Positions 1 to 9,460 of a DNA stretch of 60,538 nt are shown here, one piece after another. A program made the position numbers and the translations under genes. Position 1 is the stretch's first letter. Each line of letters opens with the position of its first letter. The stretch lies in NCBI GenBank assembly GCA_044372565.1, contig JBILRP010000006.1, positions 1 through 60,538 of the forward strand, in the 5' to 3' direction. The notes beneath the pieces were generated by a model. It saw only the letters and a list, made by a program, of their open reading frames with translations. It did not search any database and was not told the DNA's origin. This DNA comes from Bacilli bacterium (GTDB taxonomy: Bacteria; Bacillota_I; Bacilli_A; RFN20; CAG-826).

Positions 1-654
1 ATTTTTGATGAAGTGGATGCCTTTCCTTATGCTGGAAATCCCGTCTTAATGGCTATGGTTCAACGAGCATCTCAAGGAATGATCGTGTATTTATCCGCAA
101 CATTTGAAAAACAACAACTCATCGAATTTAAGAAACAAGGAGGAAAAGTTTTTCATTTGTTTAAACGCTACCACGGACATCCTCTTCCAGAGTTAAGCAT
201 CTTGGTTAGACCTTTTTTCTTGAAGTGGATTACCCTTGTTTCGTTATTATTTCAATTTCAGAAACAACATGTTCCTGTCTTTATCTTTGTCCCGACGATT
301 TCGATAGGACAATGGATGTTACGATTCGTCACAATCTTTTTTCCTACCACCAAGTTGGCTTTTTCTTCAAGTGAGGATCGGGAAAAGGTCGTTCATCAAT
401 TTAAACACAAACCTGATTTTTTCCTGATTACCACAGCTATTCTCGAGCGTGGCATTACTGTCAGTCAATTACAGGCGATTATTTTTAAAGCGGATCACCG
501 ACTCTATACGACCTCGATGTTGATTCAAATGGCGGGGCGTGTTGGGCGTAAGTTAAACGCCCCCACGGGAAAGGTTATCTTGTTGACGAACCATCGAAGC
601 CCTTCGATTCAAGGGGCACAAGCAAAAATTAAATTTGCCAATGATCACATGTAA
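1..654 (+). CDS. comFA: ComFA-like SF2 helicase of competence (5'-truncated by the window edge)
   Basis: Frame is open from base 1: IFDEVDAFPY (DEVD box), LSAT (motif III), TTAILERGIT (motif V), QMAGRVGR (motif VI); directly upstream of a ComF-family gene. Confidence 0.85.
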   Translation: MFDEVDAFPYAGNPVLMAMVQRASQGMIVYLSATFEKQQLIEFKKQGGKVFHLFKRYHGHPLPELSILVRPFFLKWITLVSLLFQFQKQHVPVFIFVPTISIGQWMLRFVTIFFPTTKLAFSSSEDREKVVHQFKHKPDFFLITTAILERGITVSQLQAIIFKADHRLYTTSMLIQMAGRVGRKLNAPTGKVILLTNHRSPSIQGAQAKIKFANDHM

Positions 655-1279
655 GGTTTGTTTTTCTCCAATTTATCACCGGCATCTATTCCAATGGCAT
701 CGGTCTCCACACGTATGTTCAAGATGTGACCACCAATTGGAATGGCATCATCAACTGTCTACATTTGAAGGTTGTTCCATCGAATCCTTTTTGGATTATG
801 GACCATTCTTCAAATCAAGAATTCATCAATACAAAGCTTTGGGGGATATCGAATTAGGGAAAACATTTCTTCATCAACATCAGGATTACCTAAAGTTAAA
901 GTATCAAGGATTTACGTTCTTGCCTGCGCCAAGTTTTAGCGATCATGTTTTTCAACGTGGATTTCATCATCTGGATGAAATCCTCTTGCCACTAGGTATT
1001 CCCTTACTTCATGTATTTTATAAAAACAAAGCCTACCGACAAGCAGAGCAAGATTTTCAAGGTCGGCAAGGAATTCGTGACGTTATTCAACGTCATCAAC
1101 ACACTCCTCTTCCTCGAAAAATCGTCTTGTTTGATGATGTGATGACCTCAGGAGAAACCATTCGTAGCATGATTCAATTGATACCAATCCATGAGAGATA
1201 TGATTTAAAAATCATGGTTTTATCAAGAAAAATAGATACAAATTCAAGATTACAATCAGCATCAAAAATGCTAAAATAA
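635..1279 (+). CDS. comFC: ComF/ComFC family protein (Zn ribbon + PRT domain)
   Basis: N-terminal CxxC...CxxC, QRGFHH, PRPP-loop VLFDDVMTSGET; comFA-comFC synteny. Confidence 0.85.
   Translation: MPMITCKVCFSPIYHRHLFQWHRSPHVCSRCDHQLEWHHQLSTFEGCSIESFLDYGPFFKSRIHQYKALGDIELGKTFLHQHQDYLKLKYQGFTFLPAPSFSDHVFQRGFHHLDEILLPLGIPLLHVFYKNKAYRQAEQDFQGRQGIRDVIQRHQHTPLPRKIVLFDDVMTSGETIRSMIQLIPIHERYDLKIMVLSRKIDTNSRLQSASKMLK
1269..1277 (+). promoter_or_regulatory. Extended -10 element for secA, inside the comFC 3' end
   Basis: TG-C-TAAAAT about 20 nt upstream of the secA ATG. Confidence 0.4.
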
Positions 1280-1298
1280 GAAATTGGACACAACATCG

Positions 1299-3692
1299 AT
1301 GGCATGGTTAGAAAAAATATTTAAATTCGAAGAAAGACAACTCAGATTGCTCTCAAACGAAGCAGACCGAGTGCTTGCTTTTGAATCGGAAATGAAAAGT
1401 TTGTCGGATGATTCCTTAAAAGCAAAGACGATTTATTTTCGCGATTTATTAAAAAACGGAAAAACCTTGGACGATATCAAATACGAAGCGTTTGCGGTTG
1501 CTAGAGAAGCAGCGACCCGGACGTTGAAGATGACCCCTTTTAAAGTTCAAATCATCGGGGCGCTTGTCTTGCATGGTGGGAACGTTGCAGAAATGAGAAC
1601 GGGTGAAGGGAAAACCTTAACCGCAACCATGGCAGTTTACTTGAATGCTTTATCAGGTTTAGGGGTGCATGTCATTACCGTCAACGAGTATTTAGCCAAA
1701 CGTGATGCGGAGTGGATGGGGGTTATTTATTCATTCCTAGGTTTAACCGTTGGTGTGAATCTCCGCGACAAGAGTCCTCAAGAAAAACAAGCAGCTTATT
1801 TATGTGACATCACTTATTCCACCAACGCGGAATTAGGGTTTGATTATCTTCGTGATAACATGACCGCTAATGTAAAAAGTCGAGTCTTACGAGGTTTGCC
1901 TTTTGCCATCATCGATGAAGCGGACTCGATTTTAATTGACGAATCAAGAACCCCGTTGATTATTTCTGGTGGGGCGAAAACCTCTGAATCAGAATTTGTG
2001 AAGTATGACCGGTTTGTTAAATCCTTAAAAAAAGAAAAACATTTCACGATTGATGTCAAAACCAAAACTGCGAATCTCACCGATTCAGGGGCAACCTTGG
2101 CGGAAATGGCGTTTAACATCCGTAATTTATACTCTCCAGAACACGCGGATAAAGTTCACCGTATTCACCAATCACTGAAAGCCAATCACATCATGACGCG
2201 TGATGTGGATTACTTGCTTGATCCTGAAAATAATATTCAAATCATTGACCAATTTACCGGGCGTATTTTAAAGGGACGAGAATTTTCTGATGGTCTTCAC
2301 CAAGCCATTCAAGCCAAAGAAGGGGCAATCTTTAGAGCAGAAACCATCACCATGGCGACCATCACCTATCAAAACTTTTTCCGCTTGTATAAAAAATTAG
2401 GTGGGATGACCGGTACCGCAAAGACTGAAGAAGAAGAATTCATTAAAATTTATAACATGAAAGTCCTTAGCATCCCGACCAACGTCCCGATTAGGCGGAA
2501 CGATGATGTTGATCTAATTTATGGCAACAAGGCCGCCAAACTCAAAGCAATCCTTAAAGAAGTGACCACGCGTTATGAAAAGAAACAGCCGCTATTGATT
2601 GGGACACCCTCCGTGGAAGCTTCCGAAGAACTGTCGCGATTATTTAAAGATTCAGGGTTGCCTCATTCTGTGCTTAACGCTAAAAATCACGCCTCTGAAG
2701 CGGAAATTGTGCGACGCGCTGGGGAAAAAGGTTCGATCACGATTGCCACGAACATGGCCGGTCGGGGAACGGATATTAAAATTGATGATGAAGTCAGAGC
2801 CTTGGGTGGATTATGTGTGATCGGCACCGAACGCCATGAAGCCCGCCGTATCGATAACCAATTACGAGGTCGTTCGGGCCGTCAAGGTGACCCTGGTTAC
2901 TCACGGTTCTTTGTTTCTTTAGAAGATGATTTAATGATTCGTTTCGGTTCAGATGGATTACGAAATATGTTTAAGTCCTTGGGTGAAGAAGCGATTGAAA
3001 ACCGCTTATTAATGAACGCGATTACCGGTGCTCAAAAACGGATCGAAGGTCAAAACTTTGATGTTCGTAAAAACGTCTTGGATTACGATAACGTCTTAGC
3101 CAAGCAACGAAGTGTGATTTATCGTAAGCGCGATGCGATTTTATTTGCTGATGATGTCACCGATATTATCAATGAAGTCTTTAACAATGCTGGTGCTTCG
3201 TTTGCCTCGAAAGCGGTGATTGCGGACGACCGCACCAAAGCAATTGACGGAGAAAAACTTAAGAAAATGTTGGAGCCGATGTTTTTACCTGCAGGTAGTA
3301 TTAACGCGAAAGCGTTTAGTGAATCCCCTGTGGAAGAAGTTGCTGAAGATATCACTGTGCTTTTAATTAATCGCTATAAACTCGCCATCAAAGACTGGCC
3401 AGCAGAAGTTGTCAAAGGCTTACCACGCCAAGTGTTGTTAAAAATGATTGATGTCAATTGGCCACGACATATTGATGCCATGGATCACTTAAGACAAAGT
3501 ATTCATTTACGTAGTTATGCCCAAAGTAATCCGTTACAAGATTATGTCAATGAAGGTTTTAAAAACTTTAAAGAACTCAATGAAAAAATCGCCGTTGAAT
3601 TTGTTGGTGCGATGCTTACTGCAAAACTTGAAATCAAACCAAAAAATCCTGCAATTAATCTTGCTTTACCCTCTGGAGATAACAAAGCATGA
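1299..3692 (+). CDS. secA: Preprotein translocase ATPase SecA
   Basis: EMRTGEGKT, DEADSILIDE, TNMAGRGTDI, QLRGRSGRQGDPG; ATG at 1299 preferred over TTG 1284; no C-terminal SEC-C Zn motif. Confidence 0.98.
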   Translation: MAWLEKIFKFEERQLRLLSNEADRVLAFESEMKSLSDDSLKAKTIYFRDLLKNGKTLDDIKYEAFAVAREAATRTLKMTPFKVQIIGALVLHGGNVAEMRTGEGKTLTATMAVYLNALSGLGVHVITVNEYLAKRDAEWMGVIYSFLGLTVGVNLRDKSPQEKQAAYLCDITYSTNAELGFDYLRDNMTANVKSRVLRGLPFAIIDEADSILIDESRTPLIISGGAKTSESEFVKYDRFVKSLKKEKHFTIDVKTKTANLTDSGATLAEMAFNIRNLYSPEHADKVHRIHQSLKANHIMTRDVDYLLDPENNIQIIDQFTGRILKGREFSDGLHQAIQAKEGAIFRAETITMATITYQNFFRLYKKLGGMTGTAKTEEEEFIKIYNMKVLSIPTNVPIRRNDDVDLIYGNKAAKLKAILKEVTTRYEKKQPLLIGTPSVEASEELSRLFKDSGLPHSVLNAKNHASEAEIVRRAGEKGSITIATNMAGRGTDIKIDDEVRALGGLCVIGTERHEARRIDNQLRGRSGRQGDPGYSRFFVSLEDDLMIRFGSDGLRNMFKSLGEEAIENRLLMNAITGAQKRIEGQNFDVRKNVLDYDNVLAKQRSVIYRKRDAILFADDVTDIINEVFNNAGASFASKAVIADDRTKAIDGEKLKKMLEPMFLPAGSINAKAFSESPVEEVAEDITVLLINRYKLAIKDWPAEVVKGLPRQVLLKMIDVNWPRHIDAMDHLRQSIHLRSYAQSNPLQDYVNEGFKNFKELNEKIAVEFVGAMLTAKLEIKPKNPAINLALPSGDNKA

Positions 3693-4802
3693 TCGACATT
3701 TCATTGTTCAAGTCGGAGTTAAATGATTTGGCTGTACTCATTCAGCAAATCAGTGAATCTCTTTGACCTTGGTCAACTCAAACAACACATTAAAACCGAT
3801 GAAGCGTTGATGGATGCGCCTCATTTTTGGGATCATCAACGTCAAGCAAAGGTCGTCATTCAGCGTTTAAATGAACAAAAGTTTTTTTTAGAATCCTTAG
3901 AAAAACTGCAAACCAATCATCATCATTTAACAGAACTTTTTCCCATGCTTGAATTAGAGCCAACCCTGGCAAAAAGTTTTCAACTTGAACTCATGGATTT
4001 AAAGAAGTTAGCCAAGCAACTACAAGAACTTATCTTATTCAAAGGTGAATTTGATCAGTTGAATGCAATTGTGGAAATTCATCCAGGAGCAGGTGGAACG
4101 GAAAGTCATGATTGGGCGAACATGCTTTATCGCATGTATGTTCGTTATGCGGAAGCCAATGAATTCCAAGTGCAAATGCTTGACTATCTCGCAGGAGAAG
4201 AAGCTGGGATTAAAAGTGCGACGATGTTGATCAAAGGACCACGAGCCTATGGATTATTAAAGTCAGAGAAGGGTGTTCATCGCTTGGTAAGAATTTCCCC
4301 ATTTGATTCCAATGGTCGTCGTCACACTTCATTCGCATCCATCAACGTGATTCCCGATATTGTTGAGGATGTTGACGTTGAGGTCCAAGATAAAGATCTT
4401 CGAATCGACACCTATCGATCAGGCGGTGCCGGTGGCCAAAACGTGAATAAGGTTGAAAGTGCAGTTAGAATTACCCATATACCCACGGGGTTAGTGTCTT
4501 CATGCCAAATTGAACGAAGCCAAATTCAAAACAAAGAAAAAGCGATGCAAATGTTAAAAGCTCAGCTCTATCAATTAAAAAAACAACAACAGGCTGATCA
4601 CCTCGATCAAATTGTTGGTGAACAAAAAGACATCGAATGGGGAAGTCAAATTCGCTCGTATGTCTTTCAACCCTATATGATGATCAAGGATCATCGCACC
4701 GACTACCAAGAAGGTGATGTTGGTAAAGTCATGGATGGTGCGATTGATGGTTTCATTCGCTCTTTCCTAGAAATGGAAGCCAAAAAACATGTTAAAAAAT
4801 AA
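3689..4802 (+). CDS. prfB: Peptide chain release factor 2, decoded with a +1 programmed frameshift (join 3689..3763, 3765..4802)
   Basis: ATG 3689 overlaps the secA stop (ATGA); 25 codons MIDISLFKSELNDLAVLIQQISESL end in CTT-TGA-C at 3761-3767; the +1 frame continues DLGQLK... with SPF and GGQ motifs. Confidence 0.95.
3761..3767 (+). promoter_or_regulatory. prfB +1 ribosomal frameshift site CTT TGA C
   Basis: Exact canonical RF2 slippery/stop heptamer at codons 25-26 of the upstream-initiated frame. Confidence 0.9.
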
Positions 4803-5694
4803 ACGCTGGATGAATGTTCTCGTCATCATGACAGCAAACTTTTTACTCGCGTTTGCCAGTGCTTTCTTTCTTATTCCCATGAACATCGTCAATGGTGGCA
4901 TGACCGGTTTATCATTAATCTTTTTTTCTTGGTTTGCGATTCCAGTTGATCTAACCACGGCGATTCTTGCCTGGTCGTTTTTCTTTCTTGGTTTGATTAT
5001 CTTAGGTAAAAAATTTAGTGCCCAAACGTTCTTAGCGACGATTCTATATCCTATTTTCTTATTTTTACTCATTCGGTTTGTCGGCCCCGATTGGATTGGT
5101 TTTTCCATTGAAGATGAAACCCATCGTCTCTTGGCCAGTGTTTTTGGTGGTAGCCTGGTTGGCCTAGGCATAGGCATGTCTTTTTTGGTTGGTGGTAGCA
5201 CCGGTGGATTTGATGTGATCATGTTGATTGGTCAACGATATTTTGATTGGAAAGCTTCGATAAGCTCATTTGTCATTGACGCGGTCATCATTGCCATCGG
5301 GATGTTTACATTCGGCATCATCACTGGCTTGTATGGGGTGATTTCTACCGTACTAACCTCGGTGATGATTGAACTCGTTTTTGCCGGTTTATCCAAGGTT
5401 TATTTGGTGACGGTTGTTTCTCGTCAACATCAACTCATTAATCAATTTATCATTGATAAGCTATCCAGAGGGTCGACGATTTATCAAGCCAAAGGTGGAT
5501 ATTTACAACAACCCCAACAAGTCATTCAAGTGGCGATTCAACGACAAGAATATTTTGCATTAAAACAAATGATCGCCAAAACCGATCCATCCGCATTTGT
5601 GATGATCACCCAAGCTCGTTCGATTCTCGGATTGGGTTTTGATCCCTTGGCAGCACCCTTACCAACCTTCAAGAAAAAAGGAAAAGTGGCATGA
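4789..5694 (+). CDS. YitT family membrane protein
   Basis: Multi-TM with GGMTGL and GGSTGGFD motifs, C-terminal RGST...GGY...DPSAF (DUF2179-like) domain. Confidence 0.85.
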   Translation: MLKNKRWMNVLVIMTANFLLAFASAFFLIPMNIVNGGMTGLSLIFFSWFAIPVDLTTAILAWSFFFLGLIILGKKFSAQTFLATILYPIFLFLLIRFVGPDWIGFSIEDETHRLLASVFGGSLVGLGIGMSFLVGGSTGGFDVIMLIGQRYFDWKASISSFVIDAVIIAIGMFTFGIITGLYGVISTVLTSVMIELVFAGLSKVYLVTVVSRQHQLINQFIIDKLSRGSTIYQAKGGYLQQPQQVIQVAIQRQEYFALKQMIAKTDPSAFVMITQARSILGLGFDPLAAPLPTFKKKGKVA

Positions 5695-7667
5695 GCCAAC
5701 CCTTTAAAATTGTTTCTGCTTACCAACCTAAAGGCGATCAACCGCAAGCGATCACTGAATTGGTCAAGGGTTTGGAAGCGCAAAAACGTTTTCAAGTGTT
5801 GCTTGGCGCGACAGGGACCGGAAAAACTTTTTCCATTGCCAATGTGATTGAAAAAACCCAAAAGCCAACCTTGGTTCTTGTTCACAACAAAACTTTAGCA
5901 GGACAACTTTATGGAGAATTTAAAGAGTTATTTCCCAATAATCGCGTTGAATATTTTGTCTCTAACTTTGATTTTTATCAACCAGAAGCTTATATGCCGA
6001 AGTCGGATACCTATATCGAAAAGAATGCTGTGATGAATGATGAAATTGAAATGATGAGAACCTCAGCGATTAATTCGGTGTTAGAACGTCGAGACACGAT
6101 TGTGGTTGCCTCAGTCGCTGCGATTTATGGGTTGACCGATCCTAAAGAATATCAAAGGCTTGCCTTTTATTTAAGGGTTGGGGAAACCATCGATCGTAAG
6201 TTGCTGTTTCGTCAATTGATTGATGCCCAGTATCAACGTAATAACTTAGATTTACCTCCTGGTCAATTTCGTGTCCGTGGCGATGTCATTGAAATCGCTT
6301 TGCCTGGGTTAGCAGATGCTGCGATCCGTGTGGATACCTTCGGGGATGAAATTGAAAGCATCTCGCTGGTGGATTTACTCACAGGGGAAGTTCGTCAGAA
6401 ATATCGAAGTTATCCAATTTATCCTGCCAATGGTCACGCCTCTACCCATGAACGAGTCATTGCCGCTTGTGATCGAATTGAAGTCGAACTAGCAGCCCGA
6501 TTAAAAGTATTCAAAGAGAACAATCAACTTTTAGAAGCCCAACGGTTAGAGATGAGAACCAAACAAGATTTAGAATCGTTAAGAGAATTCGGCATGTGTC
6601 CTGGGATTGAAAACTATTCTCGTCATATTGACGGTCGACCAGAAGGACAACGTCCCTTTTGTTTAATCGATTATTTCCCTAAAGATTTTTTGTTTGTTGT
6701 CGACGAAAGCCATGTGAGTTTACCGCAAATTCGCGGGATGTATAATGGCGACCGCGCAAGAAAAGAAACGTTAGTCAACTATGGATTTCGTTTGCCTTCA
6801 GCCTTGGATAATCGTCCCTTAAAGTTTGTTGAATTTGAATCCGAACTCAAACAAGTCATCTGCACGACCGCCACCCCAGGGGATTATGAATTAGAGCAAA
6901 CCAAGCATCAAGTCGTGGAACAAATCATCCGGCCGACAGGGTTGGTTGATCCAACCATCACCATTCGGCCAACCGTTGGCCAAATTGATGACCTCATGCA
7001 GGAGATTCAAAAGCGCGTCACCCTTAACCAACGGGTGATGATTGTCACCTTAACCATCCAAATGGCGGAAGACCTAACCGCTTACTTAAAACAACGTTCA
7101 TTCAAAGTCGTCTACATGCACTCAGAAACCAAAACGTTAGAAAGAACGCAAATCATCTATCAATTAAGAAAAGGAAAATACGATGTCTTGATTGGGATTA
7201 ACCTCTTAAGAGAAGGGCTTGATATTCCTGAAGTATCGATGATTGCCATTCTTGATGCAGACAAAGAAGGTTTCTTAAGATCAACAAGATCGTTAATTCA
7301 AATCATTGGTCGGGCCGCACGTCACGCGGAAGGGTTAGTGATTATGTATGCGGATAAGAAAACCGATTCGATGAAAGGTGCGATTGAAGAAACCAACCGA
7401 AGACGAGACAAACAAATCGCGCATAATCTAAAATACAACATCACCCCCATGACGATAAAGAAAGAAATCCACGCCCCCATCCATACCATGGATGACGAGA
7501 TTCTTAAGTTGGCAAATACCAAAGGAAAATCATCGCGAAGTGAAATTGAACAACGCGTGAAAGAATTTGAAAAACTCATGCGCGAAGCTGCTAAAGCGTA
7601 TGATTTCGAACGAGCTGCTGAACTTAGAGACATTATTTTTGAACTGAAAGCAGAAATAAAGGCATAA
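5691..7667 (+). CDS. uvrB: Excinuclease ABC subunit B
   Basis: GDQP, GATGTGKT, YQPEAY, DESH, GINLLREGLD, C-terminal UVR domain FERAAELRD. Confidence 0.98.
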   Translation: MSQPFKIVSAYQPKGDQPQAITELVKGLEAQKRFQVLLGATGTGKTFSIANVIEKTQKPTLVLVHNKTLAGQLYGEFKELFPNNRVEYFVSNFDFYQPEAYMPKSDTYIEKNAVMNDEIEMMRTSAINSVLERRDTIVVASVAAIYGLTDPKEYQRLAFYLRVGETIDRKLLFRQLIDAQYQRNNLDLPPGQFRVRGDVIEIALPGLADAAIRVDTFGDEIESISLVDLLTGEVRQKYRSYPIYPANGHASTHERVIAACDRIEVELAARLKVFKENNQLLEAQRLEMRTKQDLESLREFGMCPGIENYSRHIDGRPEGQRPFCLIDYFPKDFLFVVDESHVSLPQIRGMYNGDRARKETLVNYGFRLPSALDNRPLKFVEFESELKQVICTTATPGDYELEQTKHQVVEQIIRPTGLVDPTITIRPTVGQIDDLMQEIQKRVTLNQRVMIVTLTIQMAEDLTAYLKQRSFKVVYMHSETKTLERTQIIYQLRKGKYDVLIGINLLREGLDIPEVSMIAILDADKEGFLRSTRSLIQIIGRAARHAEGLVIMYADKKTDSMKGAIEETNRRRDKQIAHNLKYNITPMTIKKEIHAPIHTMDDEILKLANTKGKSSRSEIEQRVKEFEKLMREAAKAYDFERAAELRDIIFELKAEIKA

Positions 7668-7687
7668 CGTTTACGTTGCTTTTTTTT
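7662..7687 (+). terminator. Weak intrinsic terminator after uvrB (overlaps a likely secG promoter TTGCTT-N16-TATGAT)
   Basis: GC(AT)AACG-TTTA-CGTTGC followed by a T8 run. Confidence 0.45.
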
Positions 7688-7724
7688 AAAAACAAGGTAT
7701 GATTTTTAGACGTAGGAGACAATT

Positions 7725-7958
7725 ATGGAATTTTCATTTTTAGACATCGTCTTTATTATCGTTTCATTCGTGATTATCATTCTTTCCTTGTTACAAGGTG
7801 GTAAATCCGAAGGGGCATCTGGTGCGATCACTGGGGCCGGCATGAATGTCTTTGTCAAAACCAAAGAACGTGGATCAGAACTCATTATTTCTTATTTAAC
7901 CTTAGGCTTTGCCGTGGTTTTCTTTTTGTTAGCATTACTCACCAACGCCTTGGCTTAA
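7725..7958 (+). CDS. secG: Preprotein translocase subunit SecG
   Basis: 77 aa, two TMs, LLQGGKSEGASGAITG...KTKERG; SD AGGAG. Confidence 0.9.
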   Translation: MEFSFLDIVFIIVSFVIIILSLLQGGKSEGASGAITGAGMNVFVKTKERGSELIISYLTLGFAVVFFLLALLTNALA

Positions 7959-7982
7959 ATTTATTTAGTTCAGATGTTTCAT

Positions 7983-8010
7983 ACGAGGGAGATTCTCCCT
8001 CGTTTTTCTT
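7983..8010 (+). terminator. Rho-independent terminator after secG
   Basis: ACGAGGGAG-ATT-CTCCCTCGT followed by TTTTCTT. Confidence 0.85.
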
Positions 8011-8039
8011 TGTTTGAATTTGTTATAATTTTGGTGTTT

Positions 8040-8852
8040 ATGACAATTGCACAATACATTCAACAAGAAAAAACCAAACTTCAAACCTTAACCCAAGGGT
8101 TAAAGGTCAAACCTCATTTGGTGATCATTCAAGCGAATGAGAATGAGGGTTCTAATATTTATATTCGAGGAAAACTTGCGGATTGTTTAGAGGTTGGCAT
8201 TCAAGCCACGCACCTTCGCTTTCCCATGACCCTCACCCAAGAAGATTTAATCAAAGAGATCCATAAGCATAATCTCGACCCCTTGGTTCACGGGGTGATC
8301 GTTCAAGTGCCTTTACCTTCTCACATTGATCCCGCGATCATTCGGCGGGCTGTGCTTCCTCAAAAAGATGTGGATGGTTTTCATCCCTTATCCCCGATGA
8401 TGGCGTGCACGCCTAAAGGGATTGTGGATTATCTCAGTGCGAGTGGATTTAACTTTTCAGGTAAACATGCGGTCATCATTGGTCGTTCTTATATTGTGGG
8501 TCGTCCTTTAGCGTCTGCGTTATTAGACCGCCACGCCACCGTCAGTATCATTCACTCAAAAACCAAAGAAGAAGATAAACTCGGTTTACTTTCTCAAGCT
8601 GATTTAATTTGCGTTGCCGTGGGCAAAAAATGGTACTTGTCTGATCAAAAAATTAAACCATCAGCCTGGATTGTCGACATCGGAATTACCCGAGACGATG
8701 GGCAAATTTATGGTGATGTTAAACCTGGACGTCATGCAGCCTTACAAACCCCAGTTCCTGGAGGGGTTGGTTTATTGACACGACTTTCATTGTTAAAAAA
8801 TCTTTGGGAAGCCTATACAAAACAATTCAAATCAAAAGCCAAAGAAGATTAA
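8040..8852 (+). CDS. folD: Bifunctional methylene-THF dehydrogenase/cyclohydrolase
   Basis: KDVDGFHP, CTPKG, IGRSYIVGRP, TPVPGGVG; start moved to ATG 8040 because the ORF-track extension crosses the secG terminator; TG-T-TATAAT at 8021-8029. Confidence 0.93.
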   Translation: MTIAQYIQQEKTKLQTLTQGLKVKPHLVIIQANENEGSNIYIRGKLADCLEVGIQATHLRFPMTLTQEDLIKEIHKHNLDPLVHGVIVQVPLPSHIDPAIIRRAVLPQKDVDGFHPLSPMMACTPKGIVDYLSASGFNFSGKHAVIIGRSYIVGRPLASALLDRHATVSIIHSKTKEEDKLGLLSQADLICVAVGKKWYLSDQKIKPSAWIVDIGITRDDGQIYGDVKPGRHAALQTPVPGGVGLLTRLSLLKNLWEAYTKQFKSKAKED

Positions 8853-9385
8853 TGTTTTTTAATCACCATCATCATGAGCTGATAGCCGCTGTAGGTGATG
8901 ATGGCCAAGCCAACCATCATCATCAACAAATCACTGATGGTCTCCATAAAGAATAAAATACAGAACACCCCAACCAGTGAGGCAATGCCAATCGCATAAT
9001 TTTTCCAAGTGAGTGGGTTGATGAATTGTCGACGAATAAAATATAAATGATAGGCAGCTAACCCTAGTAATCCCAACATGAGGGAAACAATCAGGGTTTG
9101 CCTTAACGTCACCAAGGGAATCCAAATAAAAAAGATGCCTAAGGCGATAAGGGCAATGACGATGCTGAGGTTTGAAAAAGGAAACTTAACCCCTTGGTTG
9201 AGGTTAGACAAGACGCGGTACGCAAGAATGCCTCCAAAGAACAAACCTGTCAACGCCAAGGTCCATCCTAAGATTTGGTAACCAGTGGATGGATCGATCA
9301 TTGCGACAATGCCAAACAACATCGCAAAGACATAACCAAGGACTTTCCATTGGCTTGGGGATAGGGTTGGCATCACGGTCTTCAT
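8849..9385 (-). CDS. Multi-TM membrane protein (HdeD/DUF308-like)
   Basis: About 6 hydrophobic helices in two G-rich repeats; TG-A-TAAACT 6 nt before the ATG. Confidence 0.6.
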   Translation of the reverse strand: MKTVMPTLSPSQWKVLGYVFAMLFGIVAMIDPSTGYQILGWTLALTGLFFGGILAYRVLSNLNQGVKFPFSNLSIVIALIALGIFFIWIPLVTLRQTLIVSLMLGLLGLAAYHLYFIRRQFINPLTWKNYAIGIASLVGVFCILFFMETISDLLMMMVGLAIITYSGYQLMMMVIKKH

Positions 9386-9460
9386 ACCATTAGTTTATCA
9401 AATGTTTCTTTCAATAACGGAAAGTTTTATAATGCTAATAACGAAAAGAGGATATCAACG

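Noticed and set aside
3723-4802. ORF-track prfB starting MIWLYSF at 3723 as the primary gene model
   Set aside because: The canonical CTT-TGA-C site and an ATG coupled to the secA stop support the frameshifted model; 3723 is kept only as a possible alternative start
7974-8039. N-terminal extension of folD
   Set aside because: Runs through the secG terminator and a TGn-TATAAT promoter
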